NCBI GenBank assembly: GCA_028718125.1
Contig: JAQUMN010000005.1
Location: 3,784 to 67,783 of the forward strand
Length of the DNA stretch: 64,000 nt
Direction: 5' to 3'
From: Kiritimatiellia bacterium
GTDB lineage: Bacteria; Verrucomicrobiota; Kiritimatiellia; JAAZAB01
The notes beneath the pieces were generated by a model. The model saw only the letters and a list, made by a program, of their open reading frames with translations, was not told the origin of the DNA and ran no database searches. This document shows positions 57,237-64,000 of this stretch, one piece after another. Both the position numbers and the translations under genes were made by a program. Numbering within the stretch: the stretch's first letter is position 1; every line of letters begins with the position of its first letter.

Positions 57237-58925
57237 GCCCCTTGGCATTACGAACTTATCCCCCTCCTTCGGGGAAACGCCTGTAAATAGGTCGGTTGCG
57301 TAAAGGGTCATGTTAACCAGATACCATTTAGTTCGTATTCGCGCCTTGAATACTCCTGGTTCAGCGGACATCTGATCCTTTTCCGGGTCAAAGTGGTTAA
57401 CAGTCACTTCCTTCACCAGAAGGCGAATTAACTCCTTCTGATCCTCCGGCGGCAACACCCGAAATACTTTTCCGAACTGCAGCAAGCTGTCGGCAATCAC
57501 CCTGGCATCTGTAACCACTTTCTCCCGGTACTGAATGTCGATCTTGACCTTCTCCCGCTCCAACTCAACCTGCCGTTTTTCCTCGGCCAACTGTTCCGCT
57601 TCTCGGATCATTTCATCGCTGATTCGTTTTGCGCCCTCTTTCTTCGCTGTGTCCATGAAATTCTTGACGGCTACAGACAGCTTATCGAACTGCTGGTCAA
57701 GCTCGGCCAGTTTGGCCTTCAGTGGTTTGATACCCTTATTCTTGGTCTCGTCGGCCGCTTTAATGGTCGCCTTAATGATATCCGGATGCTTCCCGATCTC
57801 GCCGATGTACCCGATGATCAGATCCTCAAATGGCCGCGCCGGGATGTTCCGAACCGAGCACTTGGCCTCTCCGCCTTCTTTTGAGACGTTCGTACAGGTG
57901 TAGTATAGGTATTGATTGCCGTTCTTATCCTTCTTGCCGGCGGGCTTTGGGGTGAGGCTGAGGCCACAATGACCGCATTTCAACAGGCCCTTCAATAGAT
58001 GAACATGCCGGTCCTGATGCAGGAAGATCGGGCCTTCCTTTTCTTTTGGACGCAACGCCTCGTTTGCCGACTGCCAGAGTTGCTGAGACACGATGGCAGG
58101 ATGTTCGGAGGGATATTCCTTGCCGCCATTGATGACGACCCCCTTATAGATTGGATTCGCTATCATCTCCTGTATACGACCACTGACAAACCTCTTATCG
58201 CCAACCACCTTGGTTGATCCGTCTTTTTGAACAAGGATTCGCTTTCGCGTGCGCCACCCCATCTTATTTAGGTACTTGGCCACGGCCGTCGGATTCTTGA
58301 GCTGGACCGCCTCGTCGAATGCTTTCGTCACAAGTTCTTGCTCGGCTGGTTTCAGGATAAGCTTCTGGTTTTTTTTGTCGTAGTCGTATCCCGTTGGCAC
58401 CCAGCCGCCGTTCCACTTGCCCTGCTGGGCGCGCTGGATGAGCTTATGCCGTGTGCGCTCACGGGTCTGTTCGCGCTCGAATTCCGCAAAGCTCAGAAGC
58501 ATATTCAGGAAAAGCATTCCATGCGGTGTAGCCGTGTCAATCTGCTGTGTAGCGCTGGCAAAGTTTACATTGTGCCGCCGGAGCTCTTCCCATAACCCAT
58601 AGAACTGCCGAAGTGATCGCGACAGCCGATCGAGCTTATAGACCACAATCATATCAACATTGCCGGCCCTTGCCTCGGCCAGCAGATTGTTAATCCCTGG
58701 CCGGTCCATCGTACTCCCCGAATAGCCGGAGTCTTCGAGATGCAGAGCGGACACCCATCCCTCTTCCTTGTGAATGGCAATATAGTGCTCGCAGATGTCC
58801 TTTTGCGCATCAAGTGAACTATACTCCCCCTGCGCCTGGTCGTCTGTTGATACGCGGGTATAGATCGCACATCGAACTGTTTTTGTGGCAACTTGTCTTG
58901 CAGATTGTTTAGAGTTCGTATTCAT
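57195..58925 (-). CDS. large serine recombinase (integrase)
   Basis: N-terminal resolvase catalytic domain (AIYTRVSTDDQ, VVYKLDRLSRS). Recombinase domain. Zn-ribbon (CGHCG...C..C) and a long coiled coil. The last 14 codons are encoded antisense to the tRNA-Asn 3' half. Confidence 0.85.
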   Translation of the reverse strand: MNTNSKQSARQVATKTVRCAIYTRVSTDDQAQGEYSSLDAQKDICEHYIAIHKEEGWVSALHLEDSGYSGSTMDRPGINNLLAEARAGNVDMIVVYKLDRLSRSLRQFYGLWEELRRHNVNFASATQQIDTATPHGMLFLNMLLSFAEFEREQTRERTRHKLIQRAQQGKWNGGWVPTGYDYDKKNQKLILKPAEQELVTKAFDEAVQLKNPTAVAKYLNKMGWRTRKRILVQKDGSTKVVGDKRFVSGRIQEMIANPIYKGVVINGGKEYPSEHPAIVSQQLWQSANEALRPKEKEGPIFLHQDRHVHLLKGLLKCGHCGLSLTPKPAGKKDKNGNQYLYYTCTNVSKEGGEAKCSVRNIPARPFEDLIIGYIGEIGKHPDIIKATIKAADETKNKGIKPLKAKLAELDQQFDKLSVAVKNFMDTAKKEGAKRISDEMIREAEQLAEEKRQVELEREKVKIDIQYREKVVTDARVIADSLLQFGKVFRVLPPEDQKELIRLLVKEVTVNHFDPEKDQMSAEPGVFKARIRTKWYLVNMTLYATDLFTGVSPKEGDKFVMPRGWLLGQGSNLQPSG

Positions 58926-59157
58926 ATACACATGCATAGTATCATATTACGAACTATATGCAACCATATTTATCATACAAAATTTTCTGACCACGACTCC
59001 GCCAGCATCAGCTGGATATACGACTAACCACCGAGTGTCTGTCCTGAGCGAACCTATGGTGAGTAAAATCGAACCAGTCGAAGGGCCGATGGATCGCCAA
59101 GCACCAGATTTTAACCGGCTGGTTCTGAAATAGCCGAAGATTGAATAGCGACCTTGC

Positions 59158-62100
59158 CTATTTGCTCTCGCCGGTGAGCATACGCCAGACTTGATGATAA
59201 TCGTTACCTGTCATAGCAGCATCTTTCGGAACCACTGTCTGCCAGTCCTTGACGGTGAGAGAACGGATAAATTCCCTGGCAATCGCCGGGGTCTGGTTGT
59301 CCTTGCCGCATTTCTTGAAGACTTGCCCAAGCGGAACGGCAACACTCCGTGGTACAGAATGCATTCTCATCATAACTGCTTCATGCGTGGGTACACCGTA
59401 GTAGATCATGGCTGGTAGTGCGTTGATTATGCGCTTCTGTTCTTCGTCGAGTTTCGAAAAGTCAATGCCACTTGTTGGAAGTTTGCTGAGTGTAGCAAGC
59501 CCCCACGTAGCGGACAGGCATAAGTGTCCGTAGATAGCTCTGCATGCTTGCGAGATCGCATCTGTAATGTCACGCGTTCTTGCTCCCTGCTTCTGAAAGT
59601 ATTTTTTCCCAAGAGTTTCTAATGAAGCTCCATTAACCCAGTCGGACGTAAGACCGGCGAGAACCTTGTGTTCCAATCCGTGCGGAGCAATTCGCTGAAG
59701 CTGGGCGCTGATTTCAGGTAAACGGAGCATGATTCCCATCAGACTCTGAAACGCCACGTTGTTGCGCCCAAAGAGGCCTTCTGGGCACCAATCTCTCGGA
59801 GCGACTTTGTTGTGGAGTGCGCCAATCGCACATCGCAACGTTTCTGGAGAGAATCCCGTAGCATCAGCTAGTGTTGCGAGGCTTTTTTGCTTGGATATCC
59901 ACACGCCGAATTGCTTAGTTACTGACAGGAGAGTTTTTGCCTTGTCAGGTGCTTTTCTCTCCAGGCTGCGATATCCCAGGGTGTTCCTGAGTATGCGCTC
60001 AGCTTGAGAGACAAAACTCTCAGGCGATTGAGTTTGGTTGTATATGTGAGCCAAATACCCCCAAAATGCATGCCATTCCGGCTTGTTCAAGACAGAATCA
60101 AAACCAATGGATGTCCCAGTCTGCAGAACCTGATCGATTAGCGATTCGAGAATGGAAACGAGTTCACGGTGTTTCTCGCACACGTAAGATTCAATCTGGC
60201 GTCGATGCGCTGTATCCTTAAACTTCGTGGCAATCCCAATGACTCCAAGGCTTTCTTGAAAGATTCTACCGGCACGGCCCGCAAGATTCCAGAAATCGTG
60301 AGTGGGCATTGGTATATAAGGATAATTCAAAGATGCCAAGAACACTGCCGAAACAGGGAAATTGATGCCTTGTGCAATAGTGGTTGTCGCGCAAATAGCG
60401 CGAACATCATTCTCTTCGGCCAATTGTTCAATCAGCGCGCGGGCATCATCAGAAAGTCCAGAATGATGCACAGCAATGCCGTGTTCAAGCATGTCACACA
60501 ATTCAAAGGTTGGACTTATTTCCGTCTTGAGAAACTTCTGCACCAAACGGATAGAGTCGGGAACCCGGTCAAGTTGACCAAGAGCGGAACATAGTGATCG
60601 AGCCATTTGCCATGCTTCGCCTTGGTCGGTAGTAATCGCGAGCACCAATGAACGTGGTTTCTCGGCAAAAACTTTCGCCATCGCTGCCGTTTGGAGATAG
60701 AGAGTATTCGACACGCGGCTGAATGTCTCATCCAAGATGCCCGGTGATCCAACTTGGAACTGACCATCCAGATACATAGTGCCGGGAGTAGTGTGGAGGG
60801 TATTGAAGTGTAAGGACCATTTTCGGGGCTTCTCCCCTTTTTTTGAGTGGAATATGCCAACAATACGCTCGTTTGGTTGCCAAGCGGTAACACCTATGGA
60901 TGCTGAAGCTTCAATATCAGGCGAGAGCCATTCAGCAATCTCTTTTGCATTAGGAATAAAGGGCGTTAACAAGAGAAAACTGGCCTTTGCGCAGTCACGC
61001 TTAACCGTTGCCAAAAGGAGCTCCAGTTTAAGGCCACGGGAGGATTCCTGTATGTTGTGTGCTTCGTCAATAACAACCAGAGCAAGAGGTCGCTGGACTT
61101 TGTTCTGGCGAATTACGAGATCAAGCTTCTCGGGAGTAGTTACCAAGACATGAAATCCATCTTTGGCTGAGAGGATATCGTCCTCAAATGTGTCGATTTC
61201 TATAGCACCCGATAATTGTTCAACACGTATTCCGACGGCGCCCAGTTCCTTGCGCAATTGCCGTGTCTGTTGCGCCACGAGGGCTCGCGTCGGAGCCGTG
61301 TATGCGACCCAACCCCCATCTTGGGCAAACTGATTGAGCGCCTGCAATACTCTGAAAATGGCCAAGAATGTTTTTCCCGCAGAAGTTGGCAAATTGATAA
61401 CTATTGAACGTTTAGCCGGATCAAGAAGCCCTTGCTCCAACAATGCCGCTCGTTGCGGAGGTAACAGCTCAAACAAATTTCGAGCGTCTCTGCGCGTGAC
61501 ATATTGAACATACTTTGTCACGCGTGAGTTCACCACATGAGCTATACGCCAGATTGAACTCTGAACCATGTGCCGGGCTGTTAGATGTAGCCATCTTAGG
61601 AGCACCTCGAGTTCAGCATCTCTTGCATTTCTCGCCGCTTCCGAAGCCTTATCGAAATGGGTGTCTATCTGCACATCGACGTCGTTTGGTGTTCCCTGCA
61701 TGAGAAATGTCGCGGTCATCTCGGTTGCGGCAGCCCAGTGGTATAGAGCCGCTAGTGTCCATCCTGCGAAGGATTTCTGCTCTTCCGACAGAGCGTTTAA
61801 GTGTTGCTCTTCGTATTCCGCTTGATCTTTGCGGAGCCCAGCCACCACTTCGGCAACCCGCCCCAAATCGTTCCAGCCATCCTTACGAACCAAGCATATC
61901 CAAGCCTCAAACATGCGAAAAAGAATGCGTTTGTCCCATGGAACGTCGGCCACATTAGGGGCAATTACAGCTACATCGTGTTCCTTGATCCATCTACGAG
62001 CATCCGACCATCGTTTGCCGACATATGCAAAGGCAATAAGTTTAAGAACGTGATATACACGAAATTCATGAGGAACGGGAAGAGGAAGAGTTCGCATGAT

Positions 62101-62472
62101 GGAGAAGGCCGCAGAGCAGTCAATTTCGGCTTCCGCCCTAGATGAAGCGTTATCGTCTGTCGGACGAATCAAAGCGAACCAGGATTCGAGAGCCGCAATC
62201 TCCAGTGCCTGAAGAACTTTGTTTGTCGCTTCCGCTTCTTTGGTTGCATCGTAGGGCTGGAGGTTCAACAGAGATCCTATGGCATCTGTCACAAGATGCT
62301 TGTCGGACTCGTCAATCGCATGCTGAATCGTATCTTGCCCAATGACGTCGAGTGCCCAGTGGGAGGGTATTTTCACAACTTCACCTTCTGACCGGATGAT
62401 ACATTGTCTTGCCATTCTTTGATTGGGATTGAAACGTATAGCGCGAGCAACAGAATATCCGGGGTATCGCAC
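59158..62472 (-). CDS. DExH-box SF2 helicase, HamB-like (Hachiman candidate)
   Basis: Motif I NLPTSAGKT, motif II VVIDEAHNI, motif V CATTTIAQGINFP, motif VI NLAGRAGR. About 1.1 kaa with a long N-terminal non-helicase region. Probable true start at 62415 (MARQCIIR), overlapping the upstream gene. Confidence 0.5.
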   Translation of the reverse strand: MRYPGYSVARAIRFNPNQRMARQCIIRSEGEVVKIPSHWALDVIGQDTIQHAIDESDKHLVTDAIGSLLNLQPYDATKEAEATNKVLQALEIAALESWFALIRPTDDNASSRAEAEIDCSAAFSIMRTLPLPVPHEFRVYHVLKLIAFAYVGKRWSDARRWIKEHDVAVIAPNVADVPWDKRILFRMFEAWICLVRKDGWNDLGRVAEVVAGLRKDQAEYEEQHLNALSEEQKSFAGWTLAALYHWAAATEMTATFLMQGTPNDVDVQIDTHFDKASEAARNARDAELEVLLRWLHLTARHMVQSSIWRIAHVVNSRVTKYVQYVTRRDARNLFELLPPQRAALLEQGLLDPAKRSIVINLPTSAGKTFLAIFRVLQALNQFAQDGGWVAYTAPTRALVAQQTRQLRKELGAVGIRVEQLSGAIEIDTFEDDILSAKDGFHVLVTTPEKLDLVIRQNKVQRPLALVVIDEAHNIQESSRGLKLELLLATVKRDCAKASFLLLTPFIPNAKEIAEWLSPDIEASASIGVTAWQPNERIVGIFHSKKGEKPRKWSLHFNTLHTTPGTMYLDGQFQVGSPGILDETFSRVSNTLYLQTAAMAKVFAEKPRSLVLAITTDQGEAWQMARSLCSALGQLDRVPDSIRLVQKFLKTEISPTFELCDMLEHGIAVHHSGLSDDARALIEQLAEENDVRAICATTTIAQGINFPVSAVFLASLNYPYIPMPTHDFWNLAGRAGRIFQESLGVIGIATKFKDTAHRRQIESYVCEKHRELVSILESLIDQVLQTGTSIGFDSVLNKPEWHAFWGYLAHIYNQTQSPESFVSQAERILRNTLGYRSLERKAPDKAKTLLSVTKQFGVWISKQKSLATLADATGFSPETLRCAIGALHNKVAPRDWCPEGLFGRNNVAFQSLMGIMLRLPEISAQLQRIAPHGLEHKVLAGLTSDWVNGASLETLGKKYFQKQGARTRDITDAISQACRAIYGHLCLSATWGLATLSKLPTSGIDFSKLDEEQKRIINALPAMIYYGVPTHEAVMMRMHSVPRSVAVPLGQVFKKCGKDNQTPAIAREFIRSLTVKDWQTVVPKDAAMTGNDYHQVWRMLTGESK

Positions 62473-63161
62473 TCAGAAAGAGTCTTTGCGCGCGCACGAA
62501 GATCGTCCTCATGAGGGGCTGTTGTACGAACCAGGATGCCGGTCAGCCAAATAGTCTTCCTGTCGCCAAGATAGGCCTTGCAGGCCGTACGATAATCGCT
62601 CTCCCACGCCTGACCTTTATGACGAAAGCCCAAGTATCGAACTAACGTGTCTGTGACATCTGTGTTACGCGCAAGCGTTTCAATTTGAGCAATCATACCA
62701 CTTCGCCCGTAAAGAACACCTGGGGGTTGTGTCGAATCCTCTGAAGTCTTTACCTCGCCAAAGGCAAAAGCAACAGTGGTGCCCTTGTTTCTCAAACCGA
62801 CAATGTCAGCGCCAGCTTGACTTGCATTAGGATTCCGAAGGTCCCGGCCACTGTGCCATGGAAAAATACATTCATGATGTTCTTCAAGGTAACATTCTGC
62901 AACAGCTTCGCCTATACGCCAGGTTGGGACGATTTGTGATTGCATGAGTCTGGCGAGATTCTTTGCCTCAAAGCGAGTCAAAACAAGAGACGTGATAGAA
63001 CTTTCAAGTTCTTCTTTCGCAGTAACATCTGCGACACGATTGGCCACAACGCCGGAAAGAGCCATCCGGGCTTCATTAAGTGCAAACTGCCACCCAGAAG
63101 CAGATACTTTCCCATGAGTGATATCGAATGCTTTGCGGCCTCTTGGAATTGTCGTTTTCAT
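62373..63161 (-). CDS. HamA-like protein with PD-(D/E)xK-type motif (DUF1837-like; tentative)
   Basis: 262 aa, located immediately upstream of and overlapping the helicase. ...GADIVGL...VAFAFGEVKTSED fits a D...E.K nuclease core. Assignment is by synteny and motif only. Confidence 0.4.
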   Translation of the reverse strand: MKTTIPRGRKAFDITHGKVSASGWQFALNEARMALSGVVANRVADVTAKEELESSITSLVLTRFEAKNLARLMQSQIVPTWRIGEAVAECYLEEHHECIFPWHSGRDLRNPNASQAGADIVGLRNKGTTVAFAFGEVKTSEDSTQPPGVLYGRSGMIAQIETLARNTDVTDTLVRYLGFRHKGQAWESDYRTACKAYLGDRKTIWLTGILVRTTAPHEDDLRARAKTLSECDTPDILLLALYVSIPIKEWQDNVSSGQKVKL

Positions 63162-63802
63162 TCCGATATCTTCTTTTCTAGAACCTTATCACAATCAGGC
63201 TTGCCTATGCCACCTTCGACTGAGGAAAATCCCATAGAAAGCAAGTTGCGGTTGGCCTCATGGTTGAACGTGAAACGGGGTTTGTTCCATTTGGAGATTA
63301 CACGGCAGAGGGTTTCGGTTTTACTGCCTGGGGCGGCGTAAGCAACAAAGACTTTCTCGGCCAGAGCGGAAATGATCAGATTACGCTTCAATGCCGTTTC
63401 TGCCGTGGCTCTCTTTGTCCTGCCATCAAATGGCGATGCTAGGATCATTCGGCCTTCCTCCATAAGCTGGCGGAATTCGGCAGGAATTCGAACGGGAAGA
63501 CCGCGGCCCATTACTACGCACACTGGAACTGATGCTCGGAGAAGAATATTGAGGACTTCCCGTTCGACCGGCGAGTGAAACCCGCCAATGACAGGCGTGG
63601 ACAAGGCAATAAAGTTCTTAGCAAGATCATAGCATTGAAGAATTAGACTGCCGGGGCACTTGACTGAGCAAAGAAACGCAGTATAGGAACTGGCAAGCAA
63701 TTCCTCGGGACCGTACCCATGAAACGTTATATGCAACCGACATGGTTTTTTGAGTGGTCCCATTTGAGCGGTATTTTCAAAGCTGTGTTTCCAAGGGATC
63801 AT
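63158..63802 (-). CDS. DprA/Smf-like Rossmann-fold (SLOG superfamily) protein
   Basis: ...ALSTPVIGGFHSPVEREVLNILLRASVPVCVVMGRGL...ILASPFDGRTKRATAETALKRNLIISALAEKVFVAYAAPGSKTE parallels the DprA core (SE..pg..p....F..RNRii..ls...lvvea...SGsl). 4-nt overlap with the HamA-like gene. Confidence 0.5.
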   Translation of the reverse strand: MIPWKHSFENTAQMGPLKKPCRLHITFHGYGPEELLASSYTAFLCSVKCPGSLILQCYDLAKNFIALSTPVIGGFHSPVEREVLNILLRASVPVCVVMGRGLPVRIPAEFRQLMEEGRMILASPFDGRTKRATAETALKRNLIISALAEKVFVAYAAPGSKTETLCRVISKWNKPRFTFNHEANRNLLSMGFSSVEGGIGKPDCDKVLEKKISE

Positions 63803-63999
63803 AAATCTTCTCGCGTAAGTAATTGCCGCAAGGTCTTCCAGTTCGTATCGCCTCTTTTCCCGACAATGTATCGTCGTTTACCAGCACCTTGCTGCCCCTT
63901 GCGGCCAAGAAGAGCGTCGATTGTCTTGTAGAAAACGCTTTGCTTGGGGATGAGACGGAATGCAAATTCGCGTTGGCCGGCGAGACGGATAAAGAACAC
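63799..63999 (-). CDS. hypothetical small protein (may continue the operon upstream)
   Basis: 66-aa ORF overlapping the DprA-like start (ATGA). No recognised domain. Confidence 0.25.
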   Translation of the reverse strand: MFFIRLAGQREFAFRLIPKQSVFYKTIDALLGRKGQQGAGKRRYIVGKRGDTNWKTLRQLLTREDL

Positions 64000-64000
64000 T

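Larger units (their letters stand above)
57195..64000. mobile_element. integrative element adjacent to tRNA-Asn carrying a Hachiman-like system (right end beyond window)
   Basis: Serine recombinase abutting and overlapping the tRNA, followed by defense genes. GC appears lower than in the 34-57 kb segment. Confidence 0.45.

Overview
This 64-kb window comes from a GC-rich Gram-negative bacterium (LPS heptose genes hldD/hldC, cyclic beta-1,2-glucan synthase). By eye it is a mosaic of four segments; the GC contrast between them was not computed.

1) 1-5.2 kb: core sugar-nucleotide and oxidoreductase genes on the minus strand (epimerase, GltD-like, LarA-like, hldD, hldC).

2) About 5.25-32.85 kb: a lower-GC accessory (defense) island. 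Its left edge is a 5'-truncated znuB-like fragment and a frameshifted tyrosine integrase remnant. It carries:
- an ssDNA / anti-restriction-like module (PC4-like, SSB, RadC, ComF, Zn-ribbon, NERD);
- a 1236-aa NACHT/STAND NTPase with a C-terminal HEAT-repeat array;
- an uncharacterised 4-gene operon built around a HerA/FtsK/VirD4-like P-loop ATPase;
- a complete Bil-type ubiquitin-like conjugation operon (Ubl-E2-JAB-E1);
- small membrane proteins and two ankyrin-repeat proteins;
- a prim-pol::SF2-helicase fusion gene and an AbiEi/AbiEii toxin-antitoxin pair, bracketed by two paralogous ParB-HTH-like genes that share nearly identical 5' ends and a 24-bp 3' motif;
- an AT-rich block of three small membrane proteins.
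The island ends at a 15-bp copy of the tRNA-Asn 3' end (32840-32854), immediately followed by two about 74-bp hairpin-forming tandem repeats.

3) About 33.3-57.2 kb: very GC-rich core-like genes. These are a DMT transporter, a 2841-aa cyclic beta-1,2-glucan synthase, korAB, ptsH, qor, menA-like UbiA, a polyprenyl synthase, NDH-2, DoxX, rhodanese, sodA/B, wrbA, rubrerythrin, a frameshifted rhodanese lipoprotein, a ferritin-like protein, a CBM48 protein and an LRR fragment. The segment ends at a tRNA-Asn(GTT) with two acceptor-stem mismatches.

4) 57.2-64 kb: a second lower-GC island. It begins with a large serine recombinase whose 3' end overlaps the tRNA on the opposite strand. It carries a Hachiman-like pair (HamA-like PD-(D/E)xK protein plus a 1.1-kb DExH helicase) preceded by a DprA/SLOG-like gene.

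No CRISPR array or rRNA was seen. Many long ORFs in the track that lie antisense to GC-rich genes are treated as spurious.
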